Source: Octopus sinensis
Lineage: Eukaryota
Direction of reading: 5' to 3'
NCBI RefSeq assembly: GCF_006345805.1
Contig: NC_042999.1
Coordinates: 85,746,001 to 85,810,000 of the forward strand
DNA: 64,000 nt
Positions 51,236 to 63,689 of this stretch are shown here, piece after piece. The translations under genes and the position numbers were made by a program. The notes below the pieces were generated by a model, which saw nothing but the letters and a program-made list of their open reading frames with translations, was not told the DNA's origin and made no database searches. Position 1 is the first letter of the stretch; every line of letters starts with the position of its first letter.

Positions 51236-51442
51236 GATTCAGAGATATAACTTAACCTCTTCATGAAAAAGTTGATGTTCAGTCTCTGGTCAGTGCACAT
51301 CAAAGACATTCTAGCTATGACCATTCCATCATATTCAAATAATGTATCACCATTATCCAACATGTCTTTTCACTTCAAAGTGAGTGAAGTGTGGTTAGAG
51401 GGATATTTAGCTGCTATTTTTAACAGCTTGATTGACAACATA

Positions 51443-51750
51443 CGATGGGGTGCTGAAAAGTTCCTAGCTTTGAGTAAAAGAAAATACAGGAGGATCAGTT
51501 AATTATAATTTTATTAAACATATTCCCTTCTCAGATTCACACACTTATTGCAGTGATCTTTCAGTTTTTTTAAGCCCTGTAAAAGAACTCAGAAGGTTGG
51601 GAATCCACCAAAACCTTTTTGCAATGCCCTTAAAGCCAAGAATTTTTCAGTACCACCACTCCTCCATATATGCCTCTCTTCGATAAGGCCAATTTGATTG
51701 AAAGTACAAATATTTGAAATTGCAAAGAGAATCATACCTGTTTCTTTTTT
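51443..51750 (-). mobile_element. Mariner 3'-end fragment with TIR
   Basis: TA followed by CGATGGGGTGCTGAAAAGTTCC (mariner-type TIR); minus strand reads G.KKL.DH.NKCV.LR.EY, typical transposase C-terminus. Confidence 0.65.
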
Positions 51751-51848
51751 TTTTGACTGATATAGATTTATTTTTATGCCCAAGTGTTTAATAATGTTAC
51801 AATATGAATTTATAAATTTTAATCTTAAAACATTTTATTTTACATCAG

Positions 51849-52002
51849 TTGCATCACTGGAAAATGACCCAAATCTTCAAGATGAGAATTTATCAGACTT
51901 TTTATCACAAGAGGAGAAAATTGATTTTGCAATAAAGAAAACTATATATCTCTTCAGAAAACTTGGAATGAATGAGAGAGAATATTTCATGTTTTTATTT
52001 CA
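51849..52002 (+). CDS. ACOX1: ACOX1-like exon 2 (ASLENDPNLQDENLSDFLSQEEKIDFAIKK...)
   Basis: catcag acceptor, gtaagt donor, 154 nt, phase 1/2; NDP.....L..E....A..K pattern of the ACOX N-terminal domain. Confidence 0.85.
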
Positions 52003-52829
52003 GTAAGTTATAACTTTGAAAAGATTCTTAAACATTTATTTTTAACTTTTTGGCAGTAACCTTGTCCTGTCCAAAGTAATGTTTTTTTATTCACATGTTT
52101 TGAATTAATCTTGCCTTATCTTGTAGCTTTTGAGATTTTGATGAGGTAACCATTAATTTTTAGAGGGATATTCTGGGTGCTCTTCCTGTCACTAACCTTT
52201 ATCTGTTTTTCAAGTAAGAAATCTCTTATTTTACTTGCCTTTGAAGACACAAAATGGGCAGACAATTTGTTAACAGCAAAAATGACACCAGCACTACCTT
52301 GTAGCTCATGAGTTTCTGAGAAGAGCAAAAGTAAACCAACACACAAATACATGCCTACATGCATGCATATAGATATAAACATGCATGCACACACATACAT
52401 ACCACATGTACTTATATACATACTACTACTACCAACCCTCCAACTTTTGAATAATGAGCCCATGGAATTATAGTATCAGCTTGCTAATGTCTGTAGCTTC
52501 ATATGTTGTATGTCAATACAGCAATATGTACTTGTGAGTTGTGTTTGAAGTTTTTATAGTTTTTATAGCTTGACAGGTGCAAAGGGCAAAGTGCCCATGA
52601 AACTAGTAACCTTTCAACTAACTATAATCATACAATACATCTTCACCATTTCATCTTTTCATTTCCATTCTTGCATCCATTGCACACACACACACTCTCT
52701 CTCTCTCTCAAGTAAAATCAACACCAAAACAGTTCTTTCCTGATGCTGTAGTTTTGTTACATATTTGTTGTGGACAATTGTTGATCACCATCTCTGTTGG
52801 ATTTACTTCCAATTCAAAATGTCTGGAAA

Positions 52830-53950
52830 GAAGCCATCAAGTTCAACATCTACAGCGGTAACAATACATGACAACAGAAAGAAAATTAATTTAAGTTCTC
52901 AAAGGATCTACTCCATTAACTGCTTGAAACTTATTTTTTCATAGACCTAATGTAATGTTAACAATGAAACAGATTCAACATAATGTGTTATGAGCACATT
53001 AGTAATTGGAAAAACAAAAACAAAAAAAAAAAGCCAAAACTTTGTGTAACAATTTGCAAAAATAAGAAGGTGAAACTTTTAATATAAGACCTTCTGGCTA
53101 GTAAAGAGTAGTATGATATATTTAAGAAAAGCTTGAATTTGCTCAATGTAAAAATGATTGGTAAAGTTGTCAGTTGCTACAAATTATCCTGAGCAGCTGA
53201 AAAAATAACTAAAGGAGGGTACATGTTAGGGCATGTATACAATGTTGATGAAACTACACTTTTCTAGAAGTTTATACTTCATAAAACCTTTATTTCTTGA
53301 AGTAAAATAAACACCAAAGTTTAAAGCCTCCAAAAATCATTCAACACATTTAGGAAGAAATACTGCTGGTAATATGAAATTAAGGCTTCTTAACTCTTGT
53401 ATCACTCAGAAAATCCTAGAGCTTCAAGGGCTACACAAAGTGTAATTTATCTCTGATTTGGTGTCCAAATAAGAAGACATGGATGACTAAGGGCCTTTTC
53501 AAAGAGTGGTTTCCAAACATTTTTTTGTGCTGCTGTAGAAAGATATAGTGCCTGACAAGATATTTCCAACAGTGTATCAAGCCACCCAATTCACTTAAAT
53601 GAGCTTTCTGTTATTGTGAGAGTAGAATATGCCTGCTCCAGCCAGTGGATGTAGGTGTGATAGCTAACTTGAAAGCATATTATCTGAGAAGAATTTTCTA
53701 AAAACTTATGCCTAGTGGTTATTACTTATAGAGAAAAGTCAGCAAGTTTTTTCTCATAATCACCCTAATCATGAACATAGCATAAAAATTACAAGTGGAG
53801 TTTACAATGAGCTCTGTATGTTTGTGCCTCCTTGTCCTGACATGATAGTTGTAAAATGGTTGTCACTGTCATTCATTTTCAACATTCTGTAAAAAATGTC
53901 TGTATATTTCATGTATGTGGTGACTGAAAAAGTTATTTCACTCCCAAATC
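52830..53950 (+). mobile_element. Second degraded Tigger1-like transposase relic (ACOX1 intron 2)
   Basis: Fragments YNVDET.LF, N.AG.MKL...HSENPRA.KG, W..NKK.WMT. Confidence 0.65.
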
Positions 53951-54234
53951 TTTCATATAGCAACAATTTATTGTTTATATTCAATTTTGAGTTCTTAAAT
54001 AACAAATTTTGAGAAGTGGGTTGTAAACTGAATCAACTCCAATATAATATCAATACTTAATTTATTGTGTCAACAAATTAAAGGATTAGACTAATCCTTC
54101 TATAATTTTAACTAACTGTCTACTAAAATATAGTAATATTGTAAAAATTCACAGGCATTTTCTCTGTCTTTCTTATAATCAGTTTTATGAAGTAGCTAAT
54201 TTAATGTGTTAGAATTTTACATTTTTACTTATAT

Positions 54235-54615
54235 AGGCGTAGGAGTGGCTGTGTGGTAAGTAGCTTGCTTATGAACCACAATGTTCCGGGTTCAATCCCA
54301 CTGCGTGGCATCTTGAGCAAGTGTCTTCTATAATAGCCTCGGGCCGACCAAAGCCTTGTGAGTGGATTTGGTAGACGGAAACTGAAAGAAGCCCGTTGTA
54401 TATATCTATATCTACATATATATGTGTGTGTGTGTATGTTAATGTGTCTGTGTTTGTCCCCCCAACATCGCTTAACAACTGATGCTGGTGTGTTTATGTC
54501 CCCGTAACTTAGTGGTTCGGCAAAAGAGACCGATAGAATAAGTCCAAAGGCGGTGCTCCAGCATGGCCACAGTCAAATGACTGAAACAAGTAAAAGAGTA
54601 AAAGAGTAAAGAGAG
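54235..54615 (+). mobile_element. SINE family 1 full copy upstream of ACOX1 exon 3
   Basis: Homology to the 606-990 copy; CpGs largely retained. Confidence 0.85.
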
Positions 54616-54706
54616 AGAGAGAGAGTTTGTATCTTAGAGAACATCTGCTATATAAAATTGAAAGGTTGCAATTAATTTGAATATTTTTCTTGTTTTCTAC
54701 TTCCAG

Positions 54707-54867
54707 AAACTTCTATCCTTCCCAGCAGCTAGGTTTCCCTCTTCACTTTGCTATGTTTGCTTCAACATTAAAACTTTTATGTAATCCTGAACAGGCTAAC
54801 TACTGGCTACCCAAAGCATTCAACTTAGAGATAGTTGGATCTTATGCTCAAACTGAATTGGGACATG
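54707..54867 (+). CDS. ACOX1: ACOX1-like exon 3 (...LHFAMFASTL...EIVGSYAQTELGH-G)
   Basis: ttccag acceptor, gtgagt donor, 161 nt, phase 2/1; diagnostic G.YAQTELGHG. Confidence 0.96.
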
Positions 54868-54928
54868 GTGAGTTTGAATTCTGGGTTAAAAACAGCATGT
54901 ATGCATGTATGCGCACGTGCACGCACAA

Positions 54929-54968
<40 letters not shown>

Positions 54969-54979
54969 ACACACACACA

Positions 54980-55142
54980 TGATGGGCTTCCTTTCAGTTT
55001 CTGCCTACCAAATACATTCACAAGGCTTTGGTTGGTACAGGGCTTTAGTAAAAGACACTTTCCCAAGGTACTATGAATCACAATTGAACCTAAAACCACA
55101 CGGTTGGGAAGTAAACTTCTTAATTATACAGCCATGCCTATA
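54980..55142 (-). mobile_element. SINE family 1, 5' half, inverted, downstream of ACOX1 exon 3
   Basis: Reverse complement reads ggcatggctgt...gttcaa...aagtgtctt...ccaaagccttgtga...gaaactgaaaggaagccc. Confidence 0.75.
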
Positions 55143-55387
55143 TCTGTAACATGATATAACTTAAAGCCCTAGGGCCTGAGAAATTGCTAACATATTTATA
55201 TTTGAATAATATAACAATAAGTTCTATATTTATGTAGTTCTATATTTGTGTGTGTGTGTGTGTGTTTGTGTGTGTATGTGTGAGTGTGTGTGTGTGTGTG
55301 TGTGTTATTCTTCTGACTTAGTGTCTGAAGAATAGAAAGAACAACTGATTATGTATATTGCAGAACATATTTTTATTATTGAAACAG

Positions 55388-55495
55388 GTACATTTTTAAA
55401 GGGTTTAGAAACCACAGCTGTATATGACCCACTAAATGAAGAGTTTGTGCTAAACACTCCAACTATAACATCCACGAAATGGTGGTCAGGACAAT
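55388..55495 (+). CDS. ACOX1: ACOX1-like exon 4 ([33 protein letters not shown])
   Basis: Manual translation; aaacag acceptor, gtaagt donor, 108 nt; GLETTA.YD and KWW motifs. Confidence 0.95.
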
Positions 55496-55684
55496 GTAAG
55501 TAGTGAGAAAAAATTTGATTGTAAATTGTAAGAACTCTTTCTTTTCATGGAAAGATAGTTTTGCTTATGTTCAAAAATTTTAATATCACTTTGTTTTTCT
55601 CATTAAATATATTTGTTTCTACTTTGTTTTTGTATCTGGGTTGCAAGATTCTTTATGTGAATTTGTGTGTTGAAGCAAATTTTA

Positions 55685-55995
55685 TTGTGTCTGGGGAGAG
55701 CCATCTTGTCTTAATGCCTTGTTATCTTAAACACTCACAGTTTGATTTCCACTCATTTATTATTTATATATTTTATCTTTTTCCAAAATTTTTGTTGCTT
55801 TTGCAACCTTGTTAATGGATGTTGACTCTCAACAAGGTTGCTACATCCATTGACAAGGTTGCAATATCCATTGACAAAGTTGCAAAAGCAACAAAACTTT
55901 TGGAAGAAAAAATATATAAATAATGAGTGGAAATCAAATCAGTGAGTGTATTAGATAATAAGGCATTAAGACAATATGACTCTCCCCAGACACAA
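55685..55995. repeat. About 311-bp foldback palindrome (arms about 135-140 bp) in ACOX1 intron 4
   Basis: ttgtgtctggggagag...taatggatgttg versus caatatccattg...ctctccccagacacaa; loop contains a 23-bp tandem duplication. Confidence 0.9.
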
Positions 55996-56164
55996 CAAAA
56001 TGTTTGTTTTTCTTTTGCTTTTAAGACATTTTTCTTTCTTTATACATCGTAAACAATTATATTATAGATTCTGAGAACATGTTTCTAAAAGAATATCTGT
56101 GCATGTTATGTTGTGAGTGTATGTATATGTGCATGTGAGTGAGCAGATATAAATGTGAACTGTA

Positions 56165-56692
56165 TCAAATTCGATGACTGGCATCCGTGCTAGCGGGGTA
56201 CAAAGAGCACCATACGAGTATGATCGTTGACAGAGTGACTAACTGGCTTCCATACCAGTGGCACATAACAGGCACCATTTGAATGTGATCATTACCAGCG
56301 TCGCCTTACTGGCACTTGTGCCCGTGCTAGTAGGGTGCCAAGAGCACCATCTTAGTGTGATCGTTGCCAGAGTGGCTAACTGGCTTCTGTGTCGGTGGAA
56401 TGTAAAAGGCACCATTTGAGCGTGATCGCTACCAGCGTTGCCTTACTGGCACCTGTGCCGGTGGCATGTGTAAAAAGATTTGAGTGAGGTCGTTGCCAGT
56501 ATCGCCTGACTGGCCCTGTGCCAGTGGCATGTAAAAGCACCCACTACACTCTCGGAGTGGTTGGCGTTAGGAAGAGTTTCCAGCTGTAGAAACTCTGCCA
56601 GATCAAGTTGGAGCCTGGTGCAGCCATCTGGTTTGCCAGCCCTCAGTCAAAATCGTCCAACCCATGCTAGCATGGAAAGCGGACGTTAAATG
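56165..56692 (+). mobile_element. Solo RTE 3'-tail copy
   Basis: Close homolog of 2040-2570. Confidence 0.85.
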
Positions 56693-56999
56693 ATCACTTG
56701 CTAGAACTAAAAATGTACATTTGAAAAATATGATGGGCTAAATTAATCTTTCTGATTTTAGCACAAGGCCAGCAATTTTTGGTAAGAGAGGCAAGTCAAT
56801 TACATCACCCTCAGTATGTGTTTATGCTTAATTTTATCAACCTTAGAGAGATGAAAGATAAAGGTGACCTTAGTGGGATTTGAACTCAGAATGTAAAGTG
56901 GCTGAAGAAATGTCGCTAAGCATTTTGTCTGCACAGTTATGATTCTGTCAGCTCACCAACTTGTAATTGGTCCAAATTTTGAAAAAAAACTAGCAATTG

Positions 57000-58174
57000 T
57001 AGAGTGAGCGAGAAAATTGGTTAGAAAACAGACTCCATCACATGCCAGGAGGAGAAACTAGAAGTAGTTGATAGCTTCCACTACCTAGGTGACCAAGTCT
57101 GTCGTGGGGATGGATCCTCGGAGAACATAGCTGCTAGAATAAGAATAACCTGGGCAAGGTTTAGAAAGCTCCTACCTCTGCTGGTAACAAAGGGCCTCTC
57201 ACTCAGAGTAAAAGGTAGACTGTATGATGCATCTGTGCAACCAGCCATGCTACACAGCAGTGAAACATGGGCCATGGCTGCTGAGGACATGCATAGGCTT
57301 GAAAGAAATGAAGTTAGTATGATCCACTGGATGTGTAATGTCAGTGTGTATATACGACAGAGTGTGAGTGCTGTGAGAGAAAAGTTGGACATAAGAAGCA
57401 TCAGATGTGGTGTGCTAGAGAGATGACTGCACTGGTATGGTCATGTGTTGCATATGGATGAGGACAGCTGTGTGAAGAAGTGTTACACCCTAACAGTGGG
57501 AGGAACCTGTGGAAGAAGTAGATCCAAGAAGACATGGGATGAGGTGGTGAAGCACGACCTTCGAATGTTGGGCCTCACAGAGGCAATGACAAGAGATTGA
57601 GACCATTGGAAATATGCTGTAATTGAGAAGACCTGGCAAGTAAAGTGAGATCACATCTGTGGTTGATACCAGTGTCACATAACCAGCCCATTTAAGTACC
57701 TTTGAATCGCCAGGCGACACTGTGCTTGGGAAGACCTTTTGGATCAAGTGAAATCGTAGTCGTAGCCGATGCTAGTGCCGCCTGACTGGCACCCATGCTG
57801 GTGGTGCATAATAAGCATGGGTCAATGCCAGGGCCTCCTGAATGGCTCCTGTGCTGGTGGAATGTATAAAGCACCATCCAAATGTGGTCAATGCTAGTGC
57901 CCTCCAACTGTCTCCCATGCTGGTGGCACGTAAAAAGCACCATCCAAACGTGGTCAAAGCCAGTGTCCACCGGCTGGCTCCTGTGCTGGTGGCACATAAA
58001 AAGCATCCACTACACTCTTGGAGTGGTTGGCATTAGGAAGGGCATCCAGCTGTAGAAACCTTGCCAGATCAGATTGAAGCCTGGTGCAGCCTACTGACTT
58101 GCCAGTTCTCAGTTAAACTGTCCAGCCCATGCCAGTATGGAAAATGAACATTAAATGATGATGATGATGATGAT
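57000..58174 (+). mobile_element. RTE LINE 3' portion (RT C-terminus, long 3' UTR with tandem subrepeats, (ATG)n tail)
   Basis: LEVVDSF.YLGD, RIRI.WA.FR.L..LL, KGRLYDA.V...ML..SETW, WYGHV; tail shared with solo copies. Confidence 0.85.
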
Positions 58175-58469
58175 CCCAGTACTTGACTTGTACTTTATTT
58201 CATCACCCACTAAAGAATAAAAAGCATAGTTGACCTTGGTGGATTTTGCACTCAGAACATAAAGAGCTTGAAGAAATGCCACTAAGCAGTTTGTCTGATG
58301 CACTTATGATTCTGTCAGCTTGCCACTTTGACGAGCTAATTAATAGTTTGGATAATGAGTTCTATTCAGGATGTTTGTAATGAATTTCTGCTATAAGCTA
58401 ATTACTTTGTACTTAATTAGTTTTATATTTTACTGTATGTTCATATTAATATTTCTTTTTGCTTTTTAG

Positions 58470-58589
58470 TGGGCAAAGTAGCAAACTATTGCATTATCAT
58501 TGCTCAGCTGTATATTAAGAATAAGTGTTATGGAAATCACCCATTCGTCCTACAAATCCGGAGTTTAGAAGATCACAGCTTCATGCCAG
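58470..58589 (+). CDS. ACOX1: ACOX1-like exon 5 (LGKVANYCIIIAQLYIKNKCYGNHPFVLQIRSLEDHSFMP-G)
   Basis: tttttag acceptor, gtaatt donor, 120 nt; LGK.AN..AQL...G.H.F..QIR...H...PG. Confidence 0.95.
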
Positions 58590-58758
58590 GTAATTTAAAA
58601 CTTAATTCATTATACTATTTGAAAATTTAGATTTTAACATTTTTATTTTCTTTTAAACTTATTGCAACACCCTTTATATTCAGATATTCTAAGCTACTTT
58701 TCTACACCTTATTTTTCTGACGTCTATTCTTAAATTCTATATCAAAGAATGGGCTTAA

Positions 58759-58916
58759 CCCTTTAGCATTTAAACTGGCCATATTCTTCCTGTTTTATGT
58801 TCAAACTGGCTGTATTCAGCCTCTTATCAACTCTCAAAAAGGAAGCGAATGATTAATTCCAAACAATGTGAATGAATAAGCATTACATTAGACAGAATAA
58901 TTTGAATGCTACAGGG
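58759..58916 (+). mobile_element. piggyBac-type TTAA MITE, family A, internally deleted
   Basis: TTAA on both sides; TIR CCCTTTAGCATT / AATGCTACAGGG. Confidence 0.75.
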
Positions 58917-58954
58917 TTAATGTGCTTCTTTTGCTGTTTTACTAACTCCTTTTT

Positions 58955-60512
58955 GTATGAAATTGCTGAGTCACTATCAGAACTAGAGGAAAAGTTTCAG
59001 GTGTGGAAGCAAGGGTTAGAATCGAAAGGCCTCAGAGTCAACCTAGCTAAAACCAAAGTCTTAGTAAGTAGGAACGCAGACAAACCACAAATCCCTTCAG
59101 GTACATAGCCCTGCTCAGTCTGTTGAAAAGGCGTAGATAGAAACTCCATAAGATGTACCCAGTGTAAGCTATGGACACATAAGAGGTGCAGCAATATCAA
59201 AGGGAGGCTAACTGGGAAGATAGTTTTTGTATGTGGCAGATGCTCGGGAGCAATAAACACCGAAAATGCGCTGAGACCAGCTTCCGCCTCATTCCAGGGA
59301 GAAAAACTAGAAGTAGTTGATAGCTTCCATTACGTAGGTGACCAAGTCGGTTGTGGGGGTGGATGCTCTGAAAGTGTAACTGCTAGAATAAGAATAGCCT
59401 GGGCAAAGTTTAGAGAGCTCCTAACTCTGCTGGTGACAAAGGGCCTCTCGCTCAGGGTAAAAGGTAGACTGTATGACGCATGTGTACGAACAGTCATGCT
59501 ACATGGCAATGAAACATGGGCTGTGACTGCTGAGGACATGCGTAAGCTTGCAAGGAATGAAGCCAGTATGCTTTGCTGGATGTGTAAGTTAGTGTGCATA
59601 CATGACAGAGTGTAAGTGCCCCAAGAGAAAAGTTGGATTTAAGAAGCATCAGATGTGGCATGCAAGAGAGATGACTGCACTGGTATGGTCATGTGTTGCA
59701 AATGAATGAGGACAGGTGTGTGGAAAAGTGTCACATCCTAGCAGTTAAGGGAATCTGTGGAAGAGGTAGACCCAGGAAGACCTGGGATGAGGTGGTGAAG
59801 CACAGCCTTTGAACATTGGGCCTTACCGAAGCAATGACTAGTGACTGAGACCTTTGGAGATATGCTGTGCTTGAGAAGACCCGACAAGTCAAGTGAGACC
59901 ATAGCCTGTGGCCTACGCCACTGGGTGTAACCAGCCCACTTATGAGTACTCCTCATTCATTGGACAATAAACTTTGCTTGTGAAGACCTATTGAGGCAAG
60001 TGAAATCAAATCAAAATCACTGACATAGCCAATGACAGTACCGCCTGATTGGCACTCATGCCAGTGGAATGTTAAAAGCACATCTGAGCATGATCATTGC
60101 CTGGCCAAGGATTGGCTCCTGTGCCGGTGGCATGTAAAAAGTACTATTCAAGAAGGATTGTTGCCAGTGTTGCCTTACCAGCACATGTGCTGGTGGCACG
60201 TGAAAAACAACATTCGAGCATGGCTGTTGTCAGTGCCACTGCAATGGCTCCTGTGCAGGTAGCATGTAAAAACACCTTTTGAGTGTGAGCGTAGTCGTTG
60301 CCAGAACCGCCTGACTGGCCCTCATACTGGTAGCATGTAAATAGCACCCACTACACTCAGAGTGGTTGGCATTAGGGAGAGCATCCAGCTGTAGAACCTT
60401 TGCCAGATCAGATTGAGCCTGGTGCAGCCTTCTGGCTCACCAGTCCTTAGTCAAACCATCCAACCCACGCCAGCATGGAAAACAGACATTAAACGACAAT
60501 GATGATGATGAT
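58955..60512 (+). mobile_element. RTE LINE 3' portion, same family as 57000-58174 but longer
   Basis: LEEKFQVWKQGLESKGLRVNLAKTKVL, Cys-rich insert, LEVVDSF.Y.GD, WYGHV, (ATG)n tail. Confidence 0.85.
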
Positions 60513-60779
60513 GTTAATTTATTCCCTAAATAAATTTCTGACACCTGTTTCCTAGTATTTCACTATTATCACTACTTATGATAAGTTTTAACCATTGTAT
60601 TTCAAACTCATTTGATTGCAAATTCCACCAATTTTCCCTGCCCACTATTACTAGGAAGGTTATGAGGATAGAGTCCTCAGGAATCTTCTGTAGGGTCTTA
60701 TCAGAAGCAATCATCATTTTGTATCTGGCTTGGTTCCCAAGCATGACCAATTGAAACTATTATCCAAATATTTTGTTCT

Positions 60780-61250
60780 TGGTCTCTCTAGTCCTCCTGC
60801 CAATTGGATCTGCTTGAATAATTTGTCTTGCTATCCTTTCCTGTGACATTCTAATCACATGTCCACAGTACTAGAGCTACGCCCTTTCAGTGTGAAGGAG
60901 TAGCAACTCTATCTGGAAACTCCTTGATCTTCAAACCTGTTGAATTGTGTTTCTGCAGGGGTCTTTGGGAGAACCCTATTTCAGCCACTTGTATTGGTAA
61001 CTGTATTCTTTCAGTCATTACCCAATATTCATGACCATAGGTGAGGGTAGGCATGAAAACCAAACTGAAGATAGCAAGTTTGGCTTTTTTACCAACCTTG
61101 ACTCTTTTGAGGATTAAATGCTGAAATTGGTGTCTTACTGGACCAGCACCTGCTTTTCATGAATAATATGGCACTGAGATACTTAAACTTCTTCACTTGT
61201 AATTCTTTTTTTAAAACTATATACCTTTTTCTCCCTTTAACAGTTCTTTC
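60780..61250 (-). mobile_element. Degraded RTE/Expander-like LINE 3' fragment
   Basis: Minus-strand YGHEYWVMTER and .GHVIRM..ERIARQ...P.GRR motifs. Confidence 0.55.
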
Positions 61251-61995
61251 TTCTTTCTTTGACTAACCTATAACAGTTTGTAAGTCTGTATTTACCTTTT
61301 GACCAGATACCAAAACATATTCTGGTACAACACCAAGCTTCTGGATGCAGATGATCTGGAATATCTTGTAATCCAACAAATTTATGAGCTGGAACTTCAA
61401 ATTCTCACAGCTGCCAGACTAGTTTATTGGTACCTTGAACAGATTAGTACCTTGCTCTGTAGCATTAATAAACTTGTGTATCGTTTGTACTAATGTACTG
61501 ATACCTGTATTTCATTAAATTATCTAAGTAAATTTAATGTTTATTGAATTAAGAGTGTGTTAATCAAAGGAGGATTATCCTTGGTTTGGAAAGATAATTA
61601 ATTGGAAAAGGTTCTAGAACTAAAGGTTGGAGAAAATTCATGTTGCAACTGTAAACTGTAGTGGTGTATTGTCTAGCAACTTGTTCAATATTACTTCTAA
61701 TCCTAAAATGACAAGATGGTTGAATTGTTACCGCATTGGACAAAATGCTTAGTCTTTCATCCAGTCAGGGTTGACTTTATCTTTCATCCTTTCAGGGTTG
61801 AAAAAATTAGTACCAGTTGAGCACTGGGGTTGATGTTGATTGACTTACCTTCTCCCCTGATATTGTTGGCTTTGTGCCAAAGATAGAAACCATTATTACT
61901 TTTAATCTTGTTATAATCCTTGATTCCTACATGGACAAAGATGCATTTGTGAAGAAATATAAATGAAATCATTTTCATTTTAACTGTCTCTTTAG

Positions 61996-62111
61996 GAGTT
62001 ATTACTGGTGATATTGGTCCAAAAATGGCATTGAATAGCATAGACAATGGTTTCATGAAATTAGATAATGTTCGAATACCCAGAAATCAACTTTTAATGA
62101 AATATGATCAG
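61996..62111 (+). CDS. ACOX1: ACOX1-like exon 6 ([39 protein letters not shown]); gene continues beyond window
   Basis: ctttag acceptor, gtaatg donor, 116 nt; GDIGPK, DNGF, RIPR motifs. Exon 3-6 lengths (161/108/120/116) match human ACOX1 exon lengths as I recall them. Confidence 0.96.
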
Positions 62112-62173
62112 GTAATGTAAAAAAAAAACAGACTTTCTTTTTCATTTTTTCAAAATTTTCATTAGACACACAT

Positions 62174-62219
<46 letters not shown>

Positions 62220-63689
62220 ATATATGCATACATATATGTATATATGTATATAAAACAGTTATTTTATTCCACACAGGTAGAAATATAGGAAAAATAGAAG
62301 TTGAAAATGCACCAAGAATAGTTGAAATATATTTTATTATATTTAAAGATTTTACTGGTTTCACAGTTTACACTGATTTCCAAAAAGTTGAAATAGCAAG
62401 ACATGGCTTATGTTGCAGCTGTCTTGCTTTGGACTAGCGTTTGAAACTTGCTCAATTTTTATAGGGAGTTCAAGGCTCAAATTAGTGTTGTAAGTTAAGG
62501 CTGACACAGTTGACTGAACATGTCTAGTGGCAGCACCAAACAATCAGTGCTCTAAATGTTTTTGTCAAGTGTTTGTAGAGAATGAATACGTGATTAAGTT
62601 TAGAACCTTCTGTACATTTCCTGTTATGTTTGTGTGTTAGTATCACATGACAGTATATTTTGCGCCTAAAATGAAGGCCGACACGGTTGAGTGGATATGT
62701 TTAGTTACAATCCAGGCACTCCAAATTTAATCTGTCTGGTAGGAGAGTAGACAGGAGTTCTTTGTATGTTTTCCAGTGACTAAAGTTTAGGTTGTTAGCT
62801 GTGTAGCTTCCTCATATTAAATGGCAGAATGAGTTTTGTGTGTAAATAGTTATTTGTGTATGTACTCTGTTAAAGTTGTCAACTTGACATATATGGGATC
62901 ATATGATTGTTCGTTAATTTCCATAAAATTCTTATAATTTCTGTATGCTTTGAAGAGAACAAAAATTGAAAGTGAGGATAAAGTGAAAAGGCAACATTTG
63001 CTTTGAAGTGAGGGGAGAAAGTAAATGAGAGGAGAAAGTCTAAGATGTACGTGTGTATGAAATGGATGTGTGTGTGAGAGAGAGAGTGAGTGAAGGCATG
63101 TGTTGTGATGTATGAATGTTTTTGCATGTATGTGTAAGTGGCACTCACTCCCCCTCCCGCCCTCTCTCTCACACACACACACACACGCATTTCGTATACA
63201 TGTAAGCAGAGGTAAAGAATATCTCTGCTTATGTGAAACACGTTTAAGGTTGTTATCTCGAACACGAATGAGAATATTATGATTTTCATAGGGATCATCA
63301 ACCATAAAGATGGCTACTTCTTTAGATGTGGGTTCATTAAAACAGTGTAAAATGTTCTTTACTATAGTTCACTATAGATGTAATGAACGCAGAAACACAC
63401 ACACACACACACTCATAGAATTGAAAACATTGAAAACAGCAAAGCATACACACAGGAAGTTCAAGCGAAACGAAATGTAGTCAATATAGTTGCAAAACGT
63501 ACTTTCTGTAGTATAGTTATGCTATAAAAAAATGCAAAGTTATCAATTTAGCAAAAGTTAGTATGTGTCACCAATATAAGAAAGTATGGAAAGTCAACAT
63601 TTATTTGGAACATCTACTAAATGTTATAAAATTCATGATTGAATGAATTTCATGGTGAAGAAAGTGAAAGTCCAAGAAAATTCAGAACC

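Noticed and set aside
52003-55387. Second, mutually exclusive ACOX1 exon 3 as in vertebrates
   Set aside because: No second YAQTE.GHG-like exon was seen in introns 2 or 3; they hold Tigger and SINE relics
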